DNA of 64,000 nt, taken from the NCBI GenBank assembly GCA_964016885.1, contig OZ024744.1, positions 80,972,001 to 81,036,000 of the forward strand. The letters run 5' to 3'. Position numbers and translations under genes: made by a program. This stretch comes from Eledone cirrhosa (Eukaryota). The notes beneath the pieces are model-generated. The model saw only the letters and a list, made by a program, of their open reading frames with translations. It was not told the DNA's origin and did no database searches. Below, one piece after another: positions 46,426 through 58,650 of the stretch (the first letter of the stretch is position 1; the number at the start of each line of letters is the position of its first letter).

Positions 46426-47472
46426 GTATATATGTATATATATGTATATGTATATATGTATATATATGTATATATATATATGTATATATGTATATATATG
46501 TATATATATGTATATATATGTATATATATATATGTATATATGTATATATATGTATATATATGTATATGTATATATATATATGTATGTATATATATGTATA
46601 TGTATGTATATGTATATATATGTATATATATGTATATATATATATGTATATATAAGTATATGAATATGTATATATATATATGTATATATATATATGTATA
46701 TATATGTATATGAATATGTATATATATATATGTATATGTATATATTTATATGTATATGTATATATATATATGTATATGTATATATGTATGTATATGTATA
46801 TATATGTATATATATATGTATATGTATATATATATATGTATATGTATGTATATGTATATGTATATATATGTATATATATATATATGTATATGTATATATA
46901 TATGTATATGTATATATATATGTATATGTATATATATGTATATATATATACATATGTATGTATATGTATATATATGTATATATATATATACATATGTATA
47001 TATATATATATGTATATGTATATATATGTATATGTATATATATGTATATATATATATATGTATATATATGTATATGTATATATATGTATATGTATATATA
47101 TGTATATGTATATATATATGTATGTATATGTATATATATGTATATGTATATATATATGTATGTATATGTATATATATGTATATATATATATATATGTATA
47201 TATATGTATATATATATATATGTATATATATGTATATGTGTATATATATATATATGTATATATATGTATATGTGAATATATATGTATATGTATATATATA
47301 TGTATATGTATATATATATGTATATGTATGTATATGTATGTATATATATATATGTATATATGTATGTCTATATATATGTATATATGTATGTCTATATATA
47401 TGTATATATATATGTATATATGTATATATGTATGTATATATATATATATGTATGTATATGTATATATATATG

Positions 47473-47557
<85 letters not shown>

Positions 47558-47580
47558 GTATGTATATGTATATATGTATG

Positions 47581-47611
<31 letters not shown>

Positions 47612-47960
47612 GTATGTATATGTATATGTATATATATATATATGTATGTATATGTATATGTATATATATATATGTATGTATGTATGTGTATATGTATATA
47701 TATATATGTATGTATGTATGTGTATATGTATATATATATATGTATGTATGTATGTGTATATGTATATATATATATGTATGTATGTATGTATATATGTATA
47801 TATATATATATGTATGTATGTATGTATATATATATATATGTATATATGTATATGTATGTATATATGTATATATATATATATGTATATATGTATATGTATG
47901 TGTATATATGTATATGTATGTATATATATGTATATATGTATATATATATATATGTATATG

Positions 47961-48007
<47 letters not shown>

Positions 48008-48115
48008 GTATGTATATATATATGTATATATATGTATATATATGTATATATATATGTATATATATATGTATGTATATATATATGTATATATATATGTATA
48101 TATATATGTATGTAT

Positions 48116-48163
<48 letters not shown>

Positions 48164-48186
48164 GTATATATATATGTATATATATG

Positions 48187-48218
<32 letters not shown>

Positions 48219-48262
48219 TATGTATATATGTATGTATATATATATATGTATATATGTATGTA

Positions 48263-48298
<36 letters not shown>

Positions 48299-48302
48299 TG
48301 TG
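46236..48302. repeat. Microsatellite array
   Basis: Seen directly. Confidence 0.98.
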
Positions 48303-48911
48303 TCAGGTCACCAGTTGGTACTACTGGTAACATGTATCCCAGGTCAACCTGTCCCATGGTCGGGTCGTTGGCGACTAAACTGGCAACCCCAGCAAGGTTT
48401 CTTGATGAGGAGGGTGACTTTGGACATCCTGTAGGACTAAAAACAAAACCTGTCAAAGAGCAAAGGAGCTCTTAAGAGTCAATGGCCATCTAAAATCACC
48501 GAGAGAGATGACCCCTTGGCCTTTGTCAAGGCAGAATTCTAGGAGAAGGAAAACTCTGATATAACACCTGCAACCCTGATGGTATCCAATGATGTTGACT
48601 TGTTCTTCTTTTTGGTAAATATCATCTTGGTTAAGAGAGTGGGACTGGCTTTGTGCAGTGCCTTTGCTCACTATAAAAGCTTCACGGCACAGGCATTGCT
48701 TTATATCTGGAGATCTCTCTGCACTTGTCGTCACATGGTACCATGGGCCCAGCACTATGTGTCAATAATTGTCACAGGTGTAGTGTTTGTACCAGAGTTT
48801 TCAAGTCGCTGGCTGGACTAAAAAGTCACACTCGTTCAGCGCATCGGTAGGGGTTCTCCTACATGGATATAAAGTAGTGGCCGTACTCGAAAACGAGTTG
48901 GCAGCCACCAT
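48303..48911 (+). mobile_element. Non-autonomous RTE derivative, copy 3
   Basis: Near-identical to 31293-31900. Confidence 0.75.
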
Positions 48912-48957
48912 GTATGTATGTATGTATATATATATGTATGTATGTATATATATATGT

Positions 48958-51240
48958 ATCATCATCATCATCAGGTTTAGCGTCCGTGTTCCACGCTTGC
49001 ATGGGTTTGGACGGGGGTTTTCCCACTTGAGGCAAGAGTGGTTGTCTTGCTCGCATAGGACTGTCTGGCGGGTTTTCTACAGTTGGATGCCCTTCCTAAC
49101 ACCAACCACATTTACAGTGTGGGGCTGGGAGGTTTTTACCGTGTTGCCTACACGGCCACATTACAGCGTGGACTGTCTGGCGGGTTTTCTACAGCTGGAT
49201 GCCCTTCCTAACACCAACCACATTTACAGTGTGGGGCTGGGAGGTTTTTACCGTGTTGCCTACACGGCCACATTTACAGCGTGGACTGTGTGTTTTTTGT
49301 CGTGACACCTACACGATCTCATTTGTTTCGGCCTGGATGTTGTGGGACCAACATAACTTTACATTGAAAGGGGCGGTGTGGATGGGGTGGAGGTGGTGGG
49401 ACGGGGGTGTGTTTTGATAGAGATGCCTACTGACTGTAGTAGGTTTTTACTTTGTATTTAGGTAAGGCGGGTCTTCTCTATTACTGAGTACCGCCAAAGG
49501 TCTCGGTCCAGTGACATTGTCTTGGAGAGGTGTAAGCGTGTGAGGTCGGAATTTATCAGCTCGTCCCATGTTTTTCTGGGTCTGCCTACTCCGTGGCTAC
49601 CGTCTATCTTTATTGCCCTGCACTTTGTTATACAGCTGTCGTCTTTCATGCGCATCACGTGACCGTACCAACGTAGCCTTCTCTCGAGTAAACAACATCT
49701 GATCCCTCTTATTTCTAATTTTTTCCTTAGTTCGTTTATGCTTTGCCGTTCACGTATATTACTATTGCACATCCAGCGGAGCATGCAAGCTTCGTTCCTC
49801 TCTAGTCTGCGTATATCCTCTGCACACAATGCCCAGGTCTCACTGCCATGCAGCATTGCTGTTCGTATGCAGGCATCGTATAACCTGCCTTTCATTTTCA
49901 GGGAGAACCCTCTAGCGGCTAATAGTGGTATAAGCTCTCTGAACTTTTTCCATCCAGTTCTGACTCTAGCTACTGTACTTTCAGAGCACCCTCCCCCACT
50001 GCTGATTTTGTCACCCAGATAACGGAAGCTGTCCACTATTTCTATAGATCTCTCTGCGCAGTTGAAGGAGCTAGTATTTGGTGGGCACTTGCTGCTACTT
50101 ATTGCACCAGAGCACCGGCCACATGTAAAATCTATGTTCTTAGTTAGCTTACCTGTGATCCCACTACATCTTTTATGCACCCATACTTTGCATTTGGGAC
50201 ATAAAATGGAGTTTCTACCTACGCCTTTCCTACACACTGAGCATGGCCATTTCCCCGATGGGACCGCCGCCTTATTTTCTTTCCTACAAACTAGAACTTT
50301 AGTCTTAGCCAGGTTAATTTTAAGGCCTTTTGATTCTAGGCCGTGCTTCCACGTTTGGAATTTCTTCTCTAGTTCGGTCATTGATTCAGCTATGAGCGTT
50401 AGATCATCTGCGTATAGGAGTTCCCATGGGCAGCCGGTCTTGAACTCCTCTGTTATAGCCTGAAGCGCAATAATAAATAGTAGGGGGCTAAGTACAGAGC
50501 CCTGATGGACACCAACTTTTACGCTAAACTCTTCACTATATTCGTTGTTAATTCTAACCTTACTGACTGTTTCTTTATACATGGCTTGTATAGCTCTCAC
50601 AAGCCATTCGTCAACACCTAGTTTTCTAAGAGACCACCAGATAATGGAACGGGGGACTCTGTCGAAGGCTTTCTCCAAGTCGACAAAAGCTAAGTATAGG
50701 GGTTTACTTTTAGCTAGGTACTTCTCCTGTAGTTGTCGTACAATGAAAAGAGCGTCTGTGGTACTTTTGCCTGACACAAACTCGAACTGCATTTCATCTA
50801 GATCAATTCTCTCTCTGATTAGTTGCGCTATTACTTTTTCCGTGACCTTCATGACCTGGTCGATTAATTTAATGCCTCTATAGTTACTCCTATCTAGGGC
50901 ATCTCCTTTTCCCTTATAGCAGTTAACGATGATGCTGCTACGCCATTCCTTCGGAACAACCCCATTCTGTACGACTTGGTTAACTATCCGGGTGACCATG
51001 GTGTGTCCCACCGAACCAGATGCCTTCAGCATCTCAGCAACTATTTCCGAAGGCCCAGCCGCCTTACCCGTCTTCATATCTTTGATTGCCTTACTTATTA
51101 TACTACCTTCAACTAACACTGCTGGTCCCTCTATTGGATCGATCTGGGGGAGACTGTCTTTCTCCCATTTGTTCTCCTCATTTAGAAGCCTTTCGTAGTG
51201 ACACTTCCAAGCTACCTTCTTATCAGCGTCGGTGATGGCA
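48958..51240 (-). mobile_element. RTE family A LINE, 5'-truncated, open RT ORF (stop 49458), 3' UTR with ~110-bp tandem duplication
   Basis: [41 protein letters not shown] finger, RRLRWYGHV, (GAT)n tail. Confidence 0.95.
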
Positions 51241-51544
51241 TGTATGTATATATATATATGTATGTATGTATATATATGTATGTATGTATGTATATATATA
51301 TATGTATGTATGTACGTATATATATATATATGTATGTATGTACGTATATATATATATGTATGTATGTACGTATATATATATATGTATGTATGTACGTATA
51401 TATATATATATATATATGTATGTATATATATTTATATGTATGTATGTATATATATATATGTATATGTATGTATGTATATATATATATATGTATGTATGTA
51501 TATATATGTATGTATGTATGTATATATATATATGTATGTATGTA

Positions 51545-51577
<33 letters not shown>

Positions 51578-51594
51578 ATATATATGTATGTATG

Positions 51595-51627
<33 letters not shown>

Positions 51628-51791
51628 GTATATATATGTATGTATGTATATATATGTATGTATGTATATATATGTATGTATGTATGTATGTATATGTATG
51701 TATGTATGTATATATATATATATATGTATGTATATATATATATGTGTATATATATATGTATATATATATGTATATATATGTATGTATATAT

Positions 51792-51823
<32 letters not shown>

Positions 51824-51824
51824 G

Positions 51825-51855
<31 letters not shown>

Positions 51856-51902
51856 ATATATATATGTATGTATATATATATATGTATATATATATATGTA
51901 TG

Positions 51903-51967
<65 letters not shown>

Positions 51968-51976
51968 GTATATATG

Positions 51977-52023
<47 letters not shown>

Positions 52024-52024
52024 G

Positions 52025-52109
<85 letters not shown>

Positions 52110-52308
52110 GTATATATATGTATATATATGTATATATATGTATATATATGTATATATATGTATATGTATATATATGTATATATATGTATATATATATATA
52201 TGTATATATGTATATATATGTATATATATATATGTATATATATATGTATATATGTATATATGTATATATATGTATATATATATATATATGTATATATGTA
52301 TATATATG

Positions 52309-52343
<35 letters not shown>

Positions 52344-52437
52344 GTATGTATATATGTATGTATGTATGTATATATATATATGTATATATGTATGTATATG
52401 TATATATATATATATATACATACATATATATATATAT

Positions 52438-52480
<43 letters not shown>

Positions 52481-52923
52481 CATATGTATGTATATATATG
52501 TATTTATGTATGTATGTATGTATATATATATATGTATATATGTATGTATATATATATATGTATATATGTATGTATATGTATATATATATACATACATATA
52601 TATATATATATATATACATACATATGTATGTATATATATGTATGTATGTATGTATGTATATATATATATGTATATATGTATGTATATGTATATATATATA
52701 TATATACATACATATATATATATATATATACATACATATGTATGTATATATATATATGTATATATGTATGTATATGTATATATATATATATATACATACA
52801 TATATATATATATATATACATACATATGTATGTATATATATATATGTATGTATATGTATATATATATATATATACATACATATATATGTATATATATATA
52901 TATGTATATATGTATGTATATGT
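51241..52923. repeat. Microsatellite array (mixed TATG/CATA in its right half)
   Basis: Seen directly. Confidence 0.98.
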
Positions 52924-55701
52924 ATCATCATCATCATCATCATCATCAACGTTTAACGTCCGTGTTCCACGCTTGCATGGGTTTGGACGGGGGTAGTCCC
53001 ACTTGAGGCAAGAGTGATTGTCTTGCTCGCATAGGACTGTCTGGCAGGTTTTCTACAGTTGGATGCCCTTCCTAACACCAACCACATTTACAGTGTGGGT
53101 CTGGGAGGTTTTTACCGTGTTGCCTACACGGCCACATTACAGCGTGGACTGTGTGTTTTTTTGTCGTGACACCTACACGATCTCATTTGTTTCGGCCCGG
53201 ATGGCGCGGCACCAACATAACTTTACATAGGACGGGGTGGTGTGGATGGGGTGGGGGTGGTGGTGGTGGGACGGGGTGTATTTTGTTAGAGATGCCTACT
53301 GGCAAGGCGGGTCTTCTCTGTTACTGAGTACCGCCAAAGGTCTCGGTCCAGTGACATTGTCTTGGAGAGGTGTAAGTGTGTGAGGTCGGAGTTTATCAGC
53401 TCGTCCCAGGTTTTTCTAGGTCTGCCTATTCCGTGGCTACCGTCTATCTTTATTGCCCTGCACTTTGTTATACAGCTATCGACTTTCATGCGCATCACGT
53501 GTCCATACCAACGTAGCCTTCTCTCGAGTAAACAACATCTGATCCCTCTTATCTCTAATTTTTTCCTTAGTTCGTTTATGCTTTGCCGTTCACGTATATT
53601 ACTGTTACACATCCAGCGGAGCATGCAAGCTTCGTTCCTCTCTAGTCTGCGTATATCCTCTGCACACAATGCCCAGGTCTCACTGCCATGCAACATTGCT
53701 GTTCGTATGCAGGCATCGTACAACCTGCCTTTCATTTTTAGGGAGAACCCTTTAGCAGCTAATAGTGGTATAAGCTCTCTGAACTTTTTCCAACCAGTTC
53801 TGACTCTAGCTACAGTACTTTCAGAGCACCCTCCCCCACTGCTGATTTTATCGCCCAGGTAACGGAAGCTGTCCACTATTTCTATAGAACCCTCTGCGCA
53901 ATTGAAAGAGCTAGTATTGTGTGGGCACTTGCTGCTACTTATTGCACCAGAACACCGGCCACATGTAAAATCTATGTTCTTAGTTAGCTTACCTGTGATC
54001 CCACTACATCTTTTATGCACCCATACTTTGCATTTAGGACACAAAATGGAGTTTCTACCTACGCCTTTCCTACACACCGAGCACGACCATTTCCCAGAAG
54101 GGACCGCCGCCTTGTTTTCTTTCCTACAAACTAGAACTTTGGTCTTAGCCAGGTTAATTTTAAGTCCTTTTGACTCTAGGCCGTGCTTCCATGTTTGGAA
54201 TTTCTTCTCTAGCTCGGCCATTGATTCCGCTATGAGTGTCAGGTCGTCTGCGTATAGGAGTTCCCATGGGCAGCCTGTCTTGAACTCCTCTGTTATAGCC
54301 TGAAGGGCAATAATAAATAGTAGGGGGCTGAGAACAGAGCCCTGATGGACGCCAACTTTTACGCTAAACTCTTCACTATATTCGTTGTTAATTCTAACCT
54401 TGCTGACTGTTTCTTTATACATGGCTTGTATAGCCCTCACAAGCCATTCGTCAACGCCTAGTTTTCTAAGAGCCCACCAGATAATGGAGCGGGGGACTCT
54501 GTCGAAGGCTTTCTCCAAGTCGACAAAAGCTAAGTAGAGGGGTTTACCTTTAGCTAGGTACTTCTCCTGTAGTTGTCGTACTATGAAAAGAGCGTCTGTG
54601 GTACTTTTGCCTGACACAAACCCGAACTGCATTTCATCTAGGTCAATTCTCTCTCTGATTAGTTGCGCTATTACTTTTTCTGTGACCTTCATGACCTGGT
54701 CGATTAATTTAATGCCTCTATAGTTACTCCTATCTAGGGCGTCTCCTTTACCCTTATAACAGTTAACGATGATGCTGCTATGCCAGTCCTTCGGAACAGC
54801 CCCATTCTGTACGACTTGGTTAACTATGCGGGTGACCATGGTGTGTCCCACCGTGCCAGATGCCTTCAGCATCTCAGCAACTATTTCCGAAGGCCCAGCC
54901 GCCTTACCTGTCTTCATATCCTTGATTGCCTTACTTATTATACTCCCCTCGACTAACACTGCTGGTCCCTCTATTGGGTCGACATGGGGGAGACTGTCTT
55001 TCTCCCATTTATTCTCCTCATTTAGTAGCCTTTCATAGTGACACTTCCAAGCTGCCTTCTTATCAGTGTCGGTGATGGCAAGTATGCCATCATCGTTAAG
55101 TACACACTTCTCCCCGACAATATCACGGTTTTCCTTGACGCATTGCCTAGCAATCCTGAACACCTCACGTTTTTGGTCATCGCGTTGTAGGACATGCTTG
55201 AACTTTCTTTCCTCAGCTTCCCTTCTTGCTAAGTACACTTCTCTCCTAGCTTCCCTCCTGGCCACTTGATAGTCTACTCTACTTCCCCCATCCCGCCATA
55301 CTTTCCAAGCCTGCTTTTTGGCCTTAATTGACTCCTCCACCTTACTGTTCCACCACCATGTTACTCTCCTCCTGCCTACAGGCCTGCTCCAGCCACAGAC
55401 TTCGTCTGTGGCCAACAGCAGGTTTGCTTTCAGAAATTCCCACTGTCCCTCTATATTGTCCGACTCTAAGTGTTCTTCCTTACTGTCGAAAGCATCAAGT
55501 AATATGTTTTGAAATTTATTTTTGGCTGTGGGGTCCTTTAGCTTCCATATTTTTCTCCTGAGGATAGTCCTCTTCTGCTGTCGAGTACGTCTCGACCTGA
55601 CTATGAGGTCGCTAATTATCAGTCTATGTTGGGAGGTGCATTCTTCATGGGGGAGGGATTTAGTGTTTACAACAGACACTCTGTCACGTCTTCTGGTAAG
55701 G
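52924..55701 (-). mobile_element. RTE family A LINE, truncated within the endonuclease, ~800-aa open ORF
   Basis: ORF 53286-55679 carries the end of APE (SQHRLI), RT and PHD motifs. (GAT)n tail. Confidence 0.95.
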
Positions 55702-55956
55702 ATATATATATATCCTTACCAGATATATATATATATACATCCTGGTAAGGATGTATATATATATATATATACATACATATATATGTATATATATATATGT
55801 ATATATGTATGTATATATATATACATACATATATATATATATATATACATACATATATATGTATATATGTATATATGTATGTATATGTATATATATATAT
55901 ATATATACATACATATATATGTATATATATATATGTATATATGTATGTATATATAT

Positions 55957-55989
<33 letters not shown>

Positions 55990-56166
55990 CATACATATAT
56001 ATGTATATATGTATATATGTATGTATATGTATATATATATATATATATACATACATATATATGTATATATATATATGTATATATGTATGTATATATATAT
56101 ACATACATATATATATATATATATACATACATATATATGTATGTATGTATGTATATGTATATATAG

Positions 56167-56636
56167 ATGAGATTCTACAAGACTAGAACCATCGTTGCTC
56201 GTTTGTTCAACACTGACAAAAGAACGCTGAACTTGTTTCAAGCTTATTAGCTATCGTCAGCAACGTATACCTTCCTGCCAGATGATTGAACGTCTGAAAG
56301 TATATACTTTCCTTATGCATATTAACGGCTGAGCATCCTAATTTGCATATCGAGTGGGATAATCGGCCGGGTGCACCGAAAACGATAAACGGAAAAAATG
56401 AAACGAAATTTCATTTCACACTCTTAGTACGGCTGTTATTTAAATATAACTATGTATACGTACATACATATATGTATACAGACGTATGTATATATATATG
56501 TTTACATACATGCACACATATATATATGTACGTATGGATTCACCGAACATTTATTATAATGCTCGGTGTGTTTGTAAACAAACATCCCGTATTAAGCTGT
56601 AGTGTCTAGCAACCATCGTTGCTCGTTTGTTCAACA
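56167..56636 (-). mobile_element. Hammerhead-containing Penelope-pLTR/retrozyme-like unit
   Basis: 26-bp direct repeat at 56187-56212 and 56611-56636. Hammerhead core on the minus strand. Confidence 0.5.
56224..56266 (-). ncRNA. Minimal type I hammerhead ribozyme
   Basis: ACGTTG-CTGACGA-TAGCTAATAAGCTT-GAAAC-AA-GTT-CAGCGT: P1 6 bp, P2 AGCT/AGCT, 2-bp P3. Confidence 0.55.
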
Positions 56637-57188
56637 TGGCTAATAGTGGTATAAGCTCTCTGAACTTTTTCTATCCCGTTCGGACTCTAGCTACAGTACT
56701 TTCGGAGCACCCACCACCACTGCTGATTTTGTCACCCAGGTAACGGAAGGTGTCCACTATTTCTATAGAACGATCTGGGCAATGGAATAAGCTAGTATTC
56801 TCTGGGCATTTGCTGCTACTTATTGCACCAGGGCACCAGCCACATATAGAATCTATATTCTTAGTTAGCTTACCTGTGATCCCACTACATCTTTTTTGCA
56901 CCCATACTTTGCATTTGGGACATAAAATGGAGTTTCTGCCTACTCCTTTCCTACACACTGACCATGGCCATTTCCCAGATGGGACCAGTGCCCTATTCTC
57001 CTTCCTACATATTAGGACTTTAGTCTTACACAAATTAATTTTAAGGCCTTTTGATTCTAGGCCATGCTTCCATGTTTGGAATTTCTTCTCTAGTTCAGCC
57101 ATTGATTCGGCTATGAGCATTAGATCATCTGCGTATAAAAGTTCCCACGGGCAGCCAGTCTTGAACTCCTCCATTATAGCTTGGAGGG
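56637..57188 (-). mobile_element. RTE family A internal fragment (more diverged)
   Basis: [23 protein letters not shown]...ARVRTG*. Confidence 0.9.
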
Positions 57189-57557
57189 CTATATACATAG
57201 ACATATATACATATATATAGAGATAGATAAATATACACGGGTGTGTATAGAAGATTATATTAAAAAAAGGAATTCCAACTTTGTCTGATTTACTCGTTTT
57301 ATTTACAATCCTTTAAAATTTATAATGGTATTAGAATGAAATAGTATGGTAGAATATTAAATGTTAAGTGTTAATTGAACAAGTACTTTCATGCTTTCGC
57401 AATCTTTAGGTTCATAATGTGTGGTGACAGTCAAGTTTGCAATTTTTACTGTCGTATATAGATATATACATATATACATGCATGCATGCATATATATATA
57501 TACATACATATACAGGGTGTGGACGATACATACACATATATATATATACATACATAT

Positions 57558-58146
57558 ATGGTGGCTGCCAACTAGTTTTCGAGTACGGCCACTACTTTAT
57601 ATCCATGTAGGAGAACCCCTACTGATGCGCTGAACGAGTGACTTTTTAGTCCAACCAGCGACTTGAAAACTCTGGTACAAACTACACTTGTGACAACTAT
57701 TGACACATAGTGCTGGCCCATGGTACCATGTGACAAGTGCAGAGAGATCTCCAGATATAAAGCAATGCCTGTGCCGTGAAGCTTTTATAGTGAGCAAAGG
57801 CACTGCACAAAGCCAGTCCCACTCTCTTAACCAAGATGATATTTACCAAAAAGAAGAACAAGTCAACATCATTGGATACCATTAGGGTTGCAGGTGTTAT
57901 ATCAGAGTTTTCCTTCTCCTAGAATTCTGCTTTGACAAAGGCTAAGGGGTCATCTCTCCCGGTGATTTTGGATGGCCATTGACTCTTAAGAGCTCCTTTG
58001 CCCTTTGACAGGTTTTGTTTTTAGTCCTGCAGGATGTCCAAAGTCAAGAAACCTTGGTGGGGTTGCCAGTTTAGTCGCCAATGACCTGACCATGAGACAG
58101 GTTGACCTGGGATACATGTTACCAGTAGCACCAACTGGTGACCTGA
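57558..58146 (-). mobile_element. Non-autonomous RTE derivative, copy 4
   Basis: Reverse complement of 31293-31900 with small deletions. Confidence 0.75.
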
Positions 58147-58240
58147 CATATATACATACATATATACATACATACATATATACATACATATATACATACA
58201 TACATATATACAGACATATATACATACATATATACAATCA

Positions 58241-58530
58241 TACAATTCCAGTATCCAAGATACACCTTTAGTTTCATACCCATCATTATTGGAGCTACAG
58301 GTTATATACCAACCCGCTTGGACCAAAGTATGACGGAACTTGGATTTGCGGACAAAGAGCGCAGCTCCCTAATTCATAGTCTGCAAATGGTTGCGGTAGC
58401 TGGCACCTTCAAAATTTGCAAAACATTCTTGCGATTCAAGGGATGACAATTTCTTTTCTTTTGCAACCTTGCCACCAGGAAGGTGGCCGGTCAAAAAAAA
58501 TATACTCGAAATTAAGAGAAAGAGATAACA
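58241..58530 (+). mobile_element. R4/Dong-like (RLE endonuclease) non-LTR element 3' fragment
   Basis: QYPRYTFSFIPIIIGATGYIP..L...MTELG.....IHSLQMVAVAGTFKICKTFL* resembles the R4-clade C-terminus (V.PvviGalG.ip...LQ..allGt). Short 3' UTR runs into (CATA)n. Confidence 0.6.
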
Positions 58531-58650
58531 TATACACATACACATATACATACATATATACATATATATGCATACATATATATACATACACACAGACATA
58601 TATACAGACATACACACATACATACATATATACAGACATACATATATACA

